In this document: piece by piece, positions 48,113-57,614 of the stretch
How positions within the stretch are numbered: the stretch's first letter is position 1
How the letters are laid out: each line of letters begins with the position of its first letter
Assembly (NCBI GenBank): GCA_047605505.1
Contig: JASGFO010000001.1
Location: forward strand, 1,703-65,702
DNA: 64,000 nt
Reading direction: 5' to 3'
DNA from: Gordonia sp. (in: high G+C Gram-positive bacteria)
GTDB taxonomy: Bacteria > Actinomycetota > Actinomycetes > Mycobacteriales > Mycobacteriaceae
Translations under genes and position numbers: made by a program
Notes under the pieces: model-generated
Seen by the model: the letters and a program-made list of their open reading frames with translations, nothing else
Databases searched by the model: none
What the model was told of the DNA's origin: nothing

Positions 48113-48235
48113 CCCTCCCCGCCAGTCGAGTAGCACCCCCTCCCCCCGCCAGTCGAGTAGCACCCCCTCCCCCCCGCTGGTCGAGTAGGGCCGACGAAGG
48201 AGGCCCGTATCGAGACCACCGAAGTCGAGACCACC
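48113..48235 (+). repeat. GTAG-tagged REP-like palindromic repeat cluster
   Basis: CCGCTGGTCGAGTAGGGCC-GACGAAGGA-GGCCCGTATCGAGACCACC at 48174-48220, plus tandem partial copies on both sides. Confidence 0.8.
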
Positions 48236-48343
48236 CTCCCCTACCCACCGACCCCCGCATCCGTCGACCCGGACTCCCCAGGATCGAGACCCCTGTGCAC
48301 AACGCATTCGCCCTGGCGTCCGGTCTCGCGCGATAGTCGGCGG

Positions 48344-48628
48344 ATGACCGGATACGTCTACATCCTTCGGTGCGGCGACGGCTCGACGTACGTGGGCAGC
48401 ACGCGCAATCTGGAGAACCGGATGGCGCAGCACTACTCGGGGCGGGGTGGCCGTTACACGTCGACCCGCCAGCCGGTGACACTCGTCTACTCGCAGGAGT
48501 TCGACTCCGTCGGCGAGGCATACGCGCACGAGAAGCGCATCCAGGGCTGGTCGCGGGCACAGCGGGAACCGCTGATCGAGGGCGACTTCGACGAGATCCG
48601 CCGGCTGTCCCGCAAGAAGCGGACGTAG
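48344..48628 (+). CDS. Small stand-alone GIY-YIG nuclease
   Basis: YVYILRC.DG..YVGST.NL..R...H, E..I.GWSR. Confidence 0.9.
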   Translation: MTGYVYILRCGDGSTYVGSTRNLENRMAQHYSGRGGRYTSTRQPVTLVYSQEFDSVGEAYAHEKRIQGWSRAQREPLIEGDFDEIRRLSRKKRT

Positions 48629-48706
48629 GAGTTTGTCGTCCGATCGGCCGACAACGCGACCGCATCTTTCCCGCCTGGTATTGAGGGAGGACCGAAAGGA
48701 GACTCC

Positions 48707-49195
48707 GTGACCACTCCATTCCCGGACCTGGGCGGCCCGGCCCAGCCGTCGCGCAACCGGAAACCACTGCTCATCGCGGGTGGTGTCGTCGTTGCGATCA
48801 TTCTGATGTGCGGGAGCTGCGGGATCGGCACCGTGATCGGCGGCGGCACCAACGCGGCCCCGACGGCGACGACGACGGTCACCCGGCTTTCCACGGTCAC
48901 CGTCACCCCGAGCACGTCGACGTCGCGCACTGCGTCGAGAACGAGCCGGACGTCTCCGGTGAGGTCGACCCAGACGCAGGGGCTCCTGCCACCGCGCCCC
49001 GCGCAGGACGACGACTCGACCCGCACGCGGACCACGACCACCACCCAGGATCCGGCCGGTGGTGGCGCTGCCTACTACGGTAGCTGCGCCGACGCCCGGG
49101 CCGCCGGCCAGGCGCCCCTGCACCGCGGTGAACCGGGCTACCGATCGGGACTCGACCGAGACGGCGACGGTATCGCCTGCGACACCACGGGGTGA
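48707..49195 (+). CDS. Membrane-anchored excalibur calcium-binding domain protein
   Basis: TM helix, Thr/Ser linker, YYGSC..ARAAG.APL.RG.PGYR..LDRDGDGIAC. Confidence 0.88.
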   Translation: MTTPFPDLGGPAQPSRNRKPLLIAGGVVVAIILMCGSCGIGTVIGGGTNAAPTATTTVTRLSTVTVTPSTSTSRTASRTSRTSPVRSTQTQGLLPPRPAQDDDSTRTRTTTTTQDPAGGGAAYYGSCADARAAGQAPLHRGEPGYRSGLDRDGDGIACDTTG

Positions 49196-49310
49196 CGCCG
49201 GCGGGCAGTCGTCATCTCATGACAGCGAGTCAACCCGCACCGTCCGGTGTCGGCCAGCCCGATGCCGCCGTTTTCGTCCGGTCGGCGGACAGCGTCTGTC
49301 ATCGGCGACT

Positions 49311-49384
49311 GGTTAACTCCGTACTTTCGCGTCACCCAGTGACCTAAAAGTACGGAGTTAACCCGAGTTAACCCGAGTTAACCC
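49311..49384. repeat. Long hairpin (17-bp arms) plus three tandem GAGTTAACCC 10-mers
   Basis: GGTTAACTCCGTACTTT (49311-49327) / AAAGTACGGAGTTAACC (49347-49363); inner stem GTCAC/GTGAC. Confidence 0.8.
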
Positions 49385-50346
49385 ATTCGGGGCGACCCGC
49401 ACAACGGACATGAGGTGATCTCGCCTTGCCAGCCTCGCTTGCCGAGCATGCGCCCGATCTTCTCCGCCGTCGAGCACGGGCGTCGGAACACCTGGCCCCA
49501 ACCGAGCCGCAGCGTCACCCGATCCGCGTGTACGGCGGCATCGAGATCGCGTTCCATGTCGAGGTCGCGCGCCCGCGCGTTGTCGTGATGGGTGCGACCG
49601 TCGAGTTCGATCACCACACCCCATTCGGGGTAGTCGAGGTCGCGAAGTCCGCGACGGCCGACTGTGGTCGGGGCCTGCCGCCGCGGTCGCGGTAGCCCAT
49701 GGGCGCGTTCCACTTTCGTGAGGTAGCCGTGTTCGAGCACCGAGCAGGTACCGCCCTGAATGTCCGCCAGCACGCCTTCGATCAGTGCGCGCCGTCGTAA
49801 CCGGCGCCTCCTCGCCGACGCCGCGAGCAACCGTGCAGCCGTGGTCGTGCGGGCTTGCACGGCGTCGGCGAGGACCGCGATCGCCGCGATCTCGGTGACC
49901 GCGTCACCGGCGAGGTCAAGCACCGCCTCGTCGGTACGCACTCTCGGTGGACACGCATCAGCGACGACAATGTCGGCGAACCGCGAGCTGTAGTGCACCA
50001 CCACTCCGCGACGTCGGGTGACGCGGCGCCGGCTGTCGACGACGATGTGGATGGCCTCCAAGGTGCTCCGGCCGCCACGTGGCAGCGCCGATGTGTGACT
50101 GAGTGCGGCGGGATGGGCATCGAGTACCGCACTCCACGCTCGTTGGTCCCAGGTCAGCGGCCCGGTGTGGGTCACGTAGATCCCGGGGACCACCGTTGCC
50201 CATTCTCGTCGACGTACCGTGCGTCGGATATCCGCCGGCGAGTACCCGCAACCGAGGACCTGCCAGGCCGCCAACACACCGCATTGGCGGTGGATCAGGT
50301 CGGCGAGCAGCGCCTCATCGGGGCAATTCCGGGCAGGCAGCGACAC
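49378..50346 (-). CDS. AbiEi-like N-terminal domain plus DUF559/Vsr-like nuclease-fold protein
   Basis: Q.GV....Q....G ... W..V.PG.Y, ALSH.SA, S.LE, D..Y....V.IELDG..HH....D..RD. Confidence 0.75.
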   Translation of the reverse strand: MSLPARNCPDEALLADLIHRQCGVLAAWQVLGCGYSPADIRRTVRRREWATVVPGIYVTHTGPLTWDQRAWSAVLDAHPAALSHTSALPRGGRSTLEAIHIVVDSRRRVTRRRGVVVHYSSRFADIVVADACPPRVRTDEAVLDLAGDAVTEIAAIAVLADAVQARTTTAARLLAASARRRRLRRRALIEGVLADIQGGTCSVLEHGYLTKVERAHGLPRPRRQAPTTVGRRGLRDLDYPEWGVVIELDGRTHHDNARARDLDMERDLDAAVHADRVTLRLGWGQVFRRPCSTAEKIGRMLGKRGWQGEITSCPLCGSPRMG

Positions 50347-50411
50347 CCGTTCAGTGTGCTGCGGGGACGGAGCGAAGAACCGCCCGCGACAACATCTGTG
50401 GACAACTCCCC

Positions 50412-51674
50412 CTACGTCGCCGACTTCCCCACCGCCATCCCCACCGCCACCGCACCCAGGAGCGGAATCACCGACGCCGAGGCCCACAGCGTCGCCGTGC
50501 CCAGCGGGGTATCGGGTGTCAGGTTGTCGATCGCACCAGTAGCGGTGGAACCGATCAGCACCGCGAGGCCACCGAACGAGGAGAGGAATCCATAGTAGGA
50601 ACCGAGTCGCCGGTCACCGGCGAAGTCCGGCACCGCGTCGCGGGTCAGCGGCACCACGATCATCTCGCCGACCGCCAGCAGCGCCACGAAACCGGCGATG
50701 GGCAGCACCGCGATCCACCCGTGCAGGCCGGCCACGGCCCCCGCTGCGACGACGAGGAATCCGGCCGCGACCACGACGTAGCCGACCACCAGACTGGCCC
50801 GCCGGGAGCGCGCGGCCGTGTACCGGGTGATCGGCATCTGCGCTGCGACAACGAACACCGCCGACCCGGCGAAGAACCAGCCGAGCGCCGTCTGGGATCC
50901 GGTGACGCGTTCCACCTCCAGCGGCAGCAGCAGGTAGAGCTGGTTGTAGGCCACCAGGCTCGCACTCGCCCCCAGCGCGAACAGCAGGAACAACCGGTTC
51001 CCCACCACCTCTTTCCAGCCGGCGGTCCACGGCTCGGCCCGGTGCTCTCCGGGATCCGGTGGCAGCCATCGCAGATGGGCCACGCCGACCACCACGAACA
51101 CCGCCGCGGCCGCCAGGCACGCCGCACTGAAATCGACGAGCAGCAACGCCGATCCGAGCATCGGTCCGAGAAACGAGCCGATCTGGCCACACACCGAGAA
51201 CAGCCCGAAGGATTCGGCGCGGTTGAGCCCATCGTCGGCGCAGGTCCGGCCGGCGTCGGTGGCGAGCGCGGTCTCGACCGCAGGTGAGAACAGTGCGGCG
51301 GCAAAGCCGATCATCGTCACGGCGAGCACCACCGGCCCTAACGAGTGCGCGACCCCCAGGAGCAGGAAGCCGGCAACCCGAATCGAAACACCCGTCACTG
51401 CAATAGGTTTGGTACCGAATCTGTCGGTGAGAATTCCACCGATCACAAACAGCCCCTGCTGCGAGAACGTCCGAATACCCAGCACGAGACCGACGGCGGC
51501 GGTCGCGACGCCGAGTTCACCGGTCAGGTACACCGACAGGTACGGCACCACCATGTAGAAGCCGACGTTGAACACCAACTGGGTCAGCACCAGCAGCCGG
51601 ATCACCGGTGTCGCGCGCCGCATGTCGATGACGAACGACCACCGCCAGCGTCGTATCCGGACTCCCCGACTCAC
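50412..51674 (-). CDS. MFS transporter
   Basis: FN.GFY.V.PYL, R.FSQQGLF..GG.L.DRFG.K, about 12 TM helices. GTGA coupling to the permease gene. Confidence 0.9.
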   Translation of the reverse strand: MSRGVRIRRWRWSFVIDMRRATPVIRLLVLTQLVFNVGFYMVVPYLSVYLTGELGVATAAVGLVLGIRTFSQQGLFVIGGILTDRFGTKPIAVTGVSIRVAGFLLLGVAHSLGPVVLAVTMIGFAAALFSPAVETALATDAGRTCADDGLNRAESFGLFSVCGQIGSFLGPMLGSALLLVDFSAACLAAAAVFVVVGVAHLRWLPPDPGEHRAEPWTAGWKEVVGNRLFLLFALGASASLVAYNQLYLLLPLEVERVTGSQTALGWFFAGSAVFVVAAQMPITRYTAARSRRASLVVGYVVVAAGFLVVAAGAVAGLHGWIAVLPIAGFVALLAVGEMIVVPLTRDAVPDFAGDRRLGSYYGFLSSFGGLAVLIGSTATGAIDNLTPDTPLGTATLWASASVIPLLGAVAVGMAVGKSAT

Positions 51675-53476
51675 CGCACGGCCGGCGTGACACCCGATTC
51701 GACGGGCTCGGGCTCCGGCGGCACCGGTGTGCGTCGCCGTCTCGACAACCGTTGGGTGGCATCAGCTCTGGCGCTCGAGAAACCGACAGCCATGATGGCG
51801 AGCGCGATCAGTGAGATCAGCGGTGCGGCCACCACCCAGGGCGCCCGTTCGACGGAGCTGACGCCGTCGGCGAGGATGAGTCCCCAGTCCGGGGTCGGCG
51901 GTTGCGGTCCCAGACCCAGGAAACCCAAGGCGGCCAAGGCCAGTGCGATACCGGGCAGCCGCAGCAGGGCGTGGCGCAGGATCGGGGAGAACACCGTCGG
52001 GATGACGGCGGTCAGCAGGATCCGCGCACGCCCGGCGCCGAGGCTCGGCAGAATCGCGACGTACGGTCTGGCCTTGGCCTCGTCGACCAGCGCCGCGGTA
52101 TGGGCCGCGAGCGGCGCCCACGACACGACGAGAACGGCGACCGCCGCCCCGGCCATGCTCGGACCCCAGATCGCGGCGATGAGAATGCCGGCCAGCACCG
52201 GTGGTGCGGCGTTGGTGACCTCGACGAATCCGCGCGACAGACTCGGCACCAATCCCATCAGCAGACCGATCACCAAACAGCCTGCCATGATCAGCACGGA
52301 GACACCGATGGTCTGCACCGCCCCGCTCGCCACACGCGCGAGGAGATCGCGTCCGGCGCTGTCGGTGCCGAACGGCTCCGCCCACGACGGCGACGCGAAC
52401 TTGCGGGTACTCGTGGCATACGGATCGCGGCCGATGAGGCCGACGACGACGATCAGCACGAGCACTCCGCCCGCCGCGGCGGGAATCACGCGCGACCAGC
52501 GCGATGACGCGAACACCCCGGTGGGCACCGGCATCGCGGCGGCCCGCAGGGCCGCGCCGAGCAGGACACGGCGGGCGAGTTCGGCTCCGATACCCGCGAG
52601 GGCGCTCACCGCCAGCAGCAACAGCACGTCGATCTGCAGGGCGGGCAGATCCTGCGACCGCGCGTCGCCCAGGGTCGTCCGGCCGAGGCCAGGTATCGCG
52701 AACACCTGCTCGACGGCGACGGCGCCGCCGGTCAGCGCCACCATGATCAGCGCGATCTGCGAGGTGATCGGAGGCAGCGACCGGCGCAGGACCGCCGTCG
52801 CGATCCGGCGCCGGCGGAAACCGGCGACGGTCCACATCGTCACCCAGCTCTCGGTGAACGTGACCGCGACCGCGTCGGCGGTCAGCCGGCCGAGCAACCC
52901 ACCGGCCGGGATGCCCAGGGCGAGCGCGGGCAAGACCGCGTACTGCACGCCCTCCCACCCGTAGGGCGGGAACGAGAGCCAGACTGATCCGGCCACCACC
53001 AGCACCGCGGCCAGCAGAAACTCCGGCAGGGAGGTGAGCGCTGCGGCCACCGCACCGCTGGTCCGGCGCGGGGTCCCGCGCAGTCCTGACCGCATCGACG
53101 CCCCGACGAGGACCGACGCGATGACGATGGCGACGACCATCGCGAACGCCATCAGCGTCAAGGACACTCCGAGGGCCGACAGCGCCCCGGGAAAGACTGG
53201 TTTCCCGGTGTTCCACGAGGTTCCGGCATCGCCGCGCAGCAGGCCGCCGAGCCAGCTACCGAACATCCGGATCGGGCCCTCGTCGAGGCCGAGGTCGGCG
53301 CGGATGGCGGCGAGCGCCTCCTCGGTGGCTTCCTGTTCGGCCGAGCGGGCGCGCAGGATGCTCAGCGCCGGGTCACGCCCGGAGAACCAGGGCAGCAGAC
53401 CGATGATCACGACCACGGCCCCGATCGCGACGACGCGCGAGCCGATGACGCAGATGCGCCGGAGTGACGACGTCAT
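51671..53476 (-). CDS. Fused OppB/OppC-type ABC permease
   Basis: DPA..IL, G.SW, VE.VF.IPGLG; second half FGTD..GRDL, LGFLGLG.QPP.P.WG. Confidence 0.9.
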   Translation of the reverse strand: MTSSLRRICVIGSRVVAIGAVVVIIGLLPWFSGRDPALSILRARSAEQEATEEALAAIRADLGLDEGPIRMFGSWLGGLLRGDAGTSWNTGKPVFPGALSALGVSLTLMAFAMVVAIVIASVLVGASMRSGLRGTPRRTSGAVAAALTSLPEFLLAAVLVVAGSVWLSFPPYGWEGVQYAVLPALALGIPAGGLLGRLTADAVAVTFTESWVTMWTVAGFRRRRIATAVLRRSLPPITSQIALIMVALTGGAVAVEQVFAIPGLGRTTLGDARSQDLPALQIDVLLLLAVSALAGIGAELARRVLLGAALRAAAMPVPTGVFASSRWSRVIPAAAGGVLVLIVVVGLIGRDPYATSTRKFASPSWAEPFGTDSAGRDLLARVASGAVQTIGVSVLIMAGCLVIGLLMGLVPSLSRGFVEVTNAAPPVLAGILIAAIWGPSMAGAAVAVLVVSWAPLAAHTAALVDEAKARPYVAILPSLGAGRARILLTAVIPTVFSPILRHALLRLPGIALALAALGFLGLGPQPPTPDWGLILADGVSSVERAPWVVAAPLISLIALAIMAVGFSSARADATQRLSRRRRTPVPPEPEPVESGVTPAVR

Positions 53477-53641
53477 GCCTAGGCTGTGCCTTCCGATTCT
53501 TCTGCGAGGGATTGGTGGTTCCGCTGTGCGGCTGGCAAGGCGGAGGAGGGAGGCATAGCGGAGCTATGGTGACCGACGACAACGCCGCCAGGCGTGCAGC
53601 GGGGCCGCCAAGACCCGCAAAGAGAATTGGGAGACACGGCC

Positions 53642-55126
53642 CTACTCCAGAGTGGTGTCGGTGGTGATCAGCAGCCGCTCCCGCGGGTCCCGGGCAACGC
53701 CGCCCACCCGGGTGCTCTCACCCTGGATCACCCGCTCGTGCAGCATCGGCACCGCGGCGTCGTTTTCCAGGATCAACTGCTCGGCGCGCAGGATCGCGGT
53801 CCGGCGCTGCGGACCGGCGGGCGTCTCGGCGGCCACCCGCAGCGCGTCGTCGACCTGGGGGTTGCAGAACTGCGAGATGTTGAACGATCCCTCGCACGCG
53901 AAATCCGAGTACATGTAGGCGACCGGGTCACCGGAATCCAGCACAGTGGCCCGCGAGAGGATAAAAGCATCGAATTTTCCTGCCAGGGCGTCACTTTCGA
54001 TGAACTGGTACTCACGTACCACCTGGTTCACGGTGAAGCCACGGGCCTCGAGCGCCTCCTGGAGGAGCACCGCGACCTCGGGCAGTTCGGCCCGGTCGGT
54101 GAAGGTGCCGAGGGTGATGGTGCGTCCGGCCGGGTTGCCAGGAGCCGCGTAGTGGGCGACCGGGCGCTGCGATGCCCACGGAATCGCCGGGCCCAGAAGA
54201 CCTTCGGCAACGTCGGCGCGACCCTCGTAGACCTGGTCGACGAGCCGCTGCCGGTCGACGGCCAGCCGCGCCGCGGCGCGGATCGCGGGATCGGCGAAGG
54301 CACCGGTCCGGGTGTTGAGGTAGAGCGTGTTGGTGCGCGGCATCGGCACCTCGTGGATCAGCGCGTCGTCCACCTGCGCCACCTGCGACACCGGCACGGC
54401 CTCGACGACGTCGGCGGTGCCATTGCGCAGGGCGGCCGCGCGAGCGGTGCCGTCGGGGACGAAATCGACGTCGATGCCGGCGATCTTGGCGGTCTCGCCC
54501 CAGTAGTTGTCGTAGCGGTCCAACGTCGCGCTGCTGGTTCCGTTGACCGCCGTCAGCACGAACGCACCGGTGCCCGTGCCGATCGGGTTGACCGGTCCCG
54601 GTCCCGCATACGCCTCGGGTGCGAGAATCGCGAGCTGCGGGCTGGACAGTCGTTGCGGCACGAGCGGATCGACATCCGCGGTGGTGACCCGGACGGCGTC
54701 GGCGCCGTCGGCGGTGACGGTGAGGTCGACGCCGTCGAGGATGCGCGGCTTGGGTGCGGCCTGCGTGGCGGCCGTGAGTGCGGTCACGACAGATGCCGGG
54801 CTCAGTTTCTCACCGTTGTGGAAGGTGACGCCGTCGCGCAGCGTGAACCGCCACGTGTGATCGTCGACCCGATCCCACGTCTCGGCGAGACCCGGCTGGG
54901 CGTCCCCGTTCTCATCGAGGTTGATCAGGGTCTCGGCGGTCGACCACCGAGACAGTTTGAAGGCATCGTCGCTGAAGGGCGACATGGCCGAGCGCGGTGG
55001 CAGGAGCATCGCCACCCGGATGCGGTCGTCGTCGGACTCGGTGGCGGACGAAAAGCAGCCGGCCACCAGAAGGATCGCGCTGAGTACGGCGCTCGCGCGG
55101 ATAGCTGTGAACAAGGCGGACATCAC
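53642..55126 (-). CDS. Family-5 (OppA/NikA/CntA-like) substrate-binding lipoprotein
   Basis: Lipobox LVAGC, P.LAE.W, W.F.LR.GV.FHNG, GTG.F, YWG, F.DP..R.A. Start uncertain by a few codons. Confidence 0.9.
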   Translation of the reverse strand: MMSALFTAIRASAVLSAILLVAGCFSSATESDDDRIRVAMLLPPRSAMSPFSDDAFKLSRWSTAETLINLDENGDAQPGLAETWDRVDDHTWRFTLRDGVTFHNGEKLSPASVVTALTAATQAAPKPRILDGVDLTVTADGADAVRVTTADVDPLVPQRLSSPQLAILAPEAYAGPGPVNPIGTGTGAFVLTAVNGTSSATLDRYDNYWGETAKIAGIDVDFVPDGTARAAALRNGTADVVEAVPVSQVAQVDDALIHEVPMPRTNTLYLNTRTGAFADPAIRAAARLAVDRQRLVDQVYEGRADVAEGLLGPAIPWASQRPVAHYAAPGNPAGRTITLGTFTDRAELPEVAVLLQEALEARGFTVNQVVREYQFIESDALAGKFDAFILSRATVLDSGDPVAYMYSDFACEGSFNISQFCNPQVDDALRVAAETPAGPQRRTAILRAEQLILENDAAVPMLHERVIQGESTRVGGVARDPRERLLITTDTTLE

Positions 55127-55169
55127 GACTCCAAAGTCTGGGTTGGTGGAAGCGGAGGGGATGAAGGGA

Positions 55170-55964
55170 TCACCGGGGCACGGCCGGCTCGCCGACAGGC
55201 GTCGGAAGGCGGGGGATCGACTCGATGAGGTCGCGGGTGTGCGGGTGCGTGGGGCGGGTCAGGACGTCGGCCACCGATCCGCATTCGACGAGTCGGCCCG
55301 AGAACATGACGACGATCTGTTCGCAGAGACGCGCCGCGACGGCGAGATCGTGGGTGACGACCATCAACGCGGTGGACCGAGTCGCGTTGAGCGCGTGCAG
55401 GACATCGATGATCTGCTCGCGCAGCCCGACGTCGAGGCCGCTCGCGGGTTCGTCGGCCAGGAGGTAGTCGGGAGCGCACGCCACAGCACGGGCGATGGCC
55501 ACGCGCTGGTTCTGCCCGCCGGACAGTTCCGTGGGACGCCGGTCCAGGAAACGTCCGCCGAGTCCGACGGTATCGAGTGCCTGCTCGGCGCGGTCGCGGT
55601 GATCGCCGTCGACGCCGAGCAGCCGCAACGGTTCGGCGACGAGCTCGACGGTGCGCCGGTGCGGATTCAGCGATGTCGCCGGGTCCTGCGGGATGTACTG
55701 CACGCGCCGCCGAAACCACCGCAGTTTGTGGGCGCTCCCCGGGATCACAGGTGTCCCGTCCAGCGTGACGGTCCCGGTGGTGGGACGGTCCAAGGCCAGC
55801 ATCATGCGCACCAACGTCGATTTGCCCGAACCTGATTCGCCGACGAGGGCGAGACGCTCGCCGGGGCGCAGTGCGAGATCGGCGTCCGTCACCGCGACGA
55901 CCGAGCCGCGTTTGGCGGGGAAGCGCCGGCCGACCCCACTGACGATCAAACCCTTCTCCGTCAT
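55170..55964 (-). CDS. ABC ATP-binding protein (OppF/NikE-like)
   Basis: GESGSGKST, LSGGQNQR, LLADEP, THDL, P.HP.T. Confidence 0.92.
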   Translation of the reverse strand: MTEKGLIVSGVGRRFPAKRGSVVAVTDADLALRPGERLALVGESGSGKSTLVRMMLALDRPTTGTVTLDGTPVIPGSAHKLRWFRRRVQYIPQDPATSLNPHRRTVELVAEPLRLLGVDGDHRDRAEQALDTVGLGGRFLDRRPTELSGGQNQRVAIARAVACAPDYLLADEPASGLDVGLREQIIDVLHALNATRSTALMVVTHDLAVAARLCEQIVVMFSGRLVECGSVADVLTRPTHPHTRDLIESIPRLPTPVGEPAVPR

Positions 55965-56773
55965 GCCACACCCGCCACCACGCGGAGCGGATCGGTGTAC
56001 CGGGCCCGTTCGACCAGGCGCCGCAGAGCGTCGGTGGCCGGGTTCTCGATGAGCGCCGTTGCCAGGCCCTCCTCGATGATGCGTCCCCCGTCGAGCAGCA
56101 GCAGACGATCGCATCGGGAGGCCGCGACGGCGACGTCGTGGGTGATCAGCAGGAGCGCCGGGGCGTGGGACACGGCGGTGAGGGCTGCGTCACGGGCCCG
56201 GTCGAGTGCCGCCAGGACCTTCGCCGCGCTCACCACGTCGAGTGCGGAGGTCGGTTCGTCAGCAATCAGCAGGGGTCCACCGCAGGCGAGTGCCAGTGCG
56301 ATGCAGACGCGTTGGCGCTGGCCGCCCGACAATTCCATCGGGAACGACCGCAGGATTCGATCCGGGTCGGTGAAACCCATGTCGCACAGAGCATTCGACG
56401 CGGCGTCGGCATCGTCGTGACAGAGTCGCCGGATCGGATCGGCGAGCTGGGCACCGACGGTGACCAGCGGGTTCAACGCGGTGGCTGAGGACTGGAACAC
56501 CATGGCGGGCCGGGCGGCGGCGGGCCGCTGCGGTGGCGGCGTGCCGGCCACGTCGGTGCCGGCGATGACGATGCGCCCCGTGACCCGCATGGTGGGTGCG
56601 AGCTGGCCGATCAGTGCCGACGCGATCGTCGATTTTCCGGAGCCCGACTGGCCCAGCAGGCCAACGCGTTCGCCCGCGGCAATCGTGAACGACACCTCGT
56701 CGACGATGCGGGTGCCGCCGACCGACACACTCAGCCCGTCGACGACGATGCCGTGCGCGACAGCTCTCGTCAC
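55961..56773 (-). CDS. ABC ATP-binding protein (OppD/NikD-like)
   Basis: GQSGSGKST, LSGGQRQR, IADEPTSALD, ITHD. AGAGGAGG RBS before GTG 56773. Confidence 0.92.
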   Translation of the reverse strand: MTRAVAHGIVVDGLSVSVGGTRIVDEVSFTIAAGERVGLLGQSGSGKSTIASALIGQLAPTMRVTGRIVIAGTDVAGTPPPQRPAAARPAMVFQSSATALNPLVTVGAQLADPIRRLCHDDADAASNALCDMGFTDPDRILRSFPMELSGGQRQRVCIALALACGGPLLIADEPTSALDVVSAAKVLAALDRARDAALTAVSHAPALLLITHDVAVAASRCDRLLLLDGGRIIEEGLATALIENPATDALRRLVERARYTDPLRVVAGVA

Positions 56774-56790
56774 ATCCCCTCCTCTAAAGC

Positions 56791-56811
56791 TATTGACAAT
56801 CATTATCGTTA
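56791..56811. promoter_or_regulatory. Putative Zur (Fur-family) operator
   Basis: TATTGACAATCATTATCGTTA: AT-rich imperfect 21-bp palindrome resembling actinobacterial Zur boxes (TGAnAATnATTnTCA core), 17 nt upstream of the ABC operon start. Confidence 0.72.
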
Positions 56812-56960
56812 ACGGAGGACGATGCTACCGCGATGCGGCGTATGAGCGAAATGGGCTGGTCGCGGCACCCGCACGGGCGGTCTTCCCTGCTCGCCGCCGA
56901 GACCGCCCGCACCACAGAAACCGTGGTCTCGATCAGCCAATACCCATTAGAGATACGCCC

Positions 56961-57032
56961 TCCGCTGGTCGAGTAGGGCCGACGAAGGAGACCCGTATCC
57001 GCCGGATCGAGCTTGCCGAGATCGAGACCACC
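56961..57032 (+). repeat. REP-like composite (GTAG unit plus GGATCGAGCTTGCCGAGATC unit)
   Basis: TCCGCTGGTCGAGTAGGGCCGACGAAGGAGACCCGTATC matches 48174-48211; 56998-57032 matches 61311-61345. Confidence 0.8.
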
Positions 57033-57074
57033 ACCGACGCGATCTCGACGCCCGCAAGAGGGCCTGCGGGCCGA

Positions 57075-57614
57075 TCACACCGTCTGCAACCACTCCACCA
57101 GTCGGCCGACGGCCGGCTCGATCTCGCCGAAGACCCGCTCGAAATCGGCTTTCGGTTGCCCCATCGGATCGATGATGTCGAGCCACTCGGCGTTGGTGTC
57201 CACCTGGCTGCGTCCGGCGATGATCTCGGTGAACGAGCCCAGCGGCATCAGGTGGACGAACTCGTTGAGCGTGAACATGCGCTTCCACCGCGCGGGCATC
57301 ATCCGCTGGCAGGCCGCGCGGTGTTCCCGCGCGAGCCCCACCACCAGATCCACCTCGCCCAGCATGCGCGGAAGCAGATAGCGGGCACGGAAATCGCTTG
57401 CATCGTAACCGTTTTCGGTCAGGACCTCGATGGAGTACGGGTGCATGGCCCAGCCATTGCGCGAGCCCGTCCCGGCGCTGGCGACGGACACGTCGAGCCC
57501 GGCGGTCGCGGCCCGGCCGCGGGCCACCCGCTCGCCGATCGGCGACCGGCAGATCTTGCCGGTGCACACGAACAGCACCGATCCGACGGCGTCCACGCCG
57601 GTCTGTCCGCTCAC
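57075..57614 (-). CDS. Low-molecular-weight protein-tyrosine phosphatase family protein
   Basis: [27 protein letters not shown] overlaps the NRPS stop. Confidence 0.85.
   Translation of the reverse strand: MSGQTGVDAVGSVLFVCTGKICRSPIGERVARGRAATAGLDVSVASAGTGSRNGWAMHPYSIEVLTENGYDASDFRARYLLPRMLGEVDLVVGLAREHRAACQRMMPARWKRMFTLNEFVHLMPLGSFTEIIAGRSQVDTNAEWLDIIDPMGQPKADFERVFGEIEPAVGRLVEWLQTV

Noticed and set aside
48113-48235. CRISPR array or IS terminal repeats
   Set aside because: No unique spacers, no transposase, and no matching end with a target duplication.
49378-50346. Complete type IV toxin-antitoxin system
   Set aside because: No AbiEii nucleotidyltransferase gene is adjacent.
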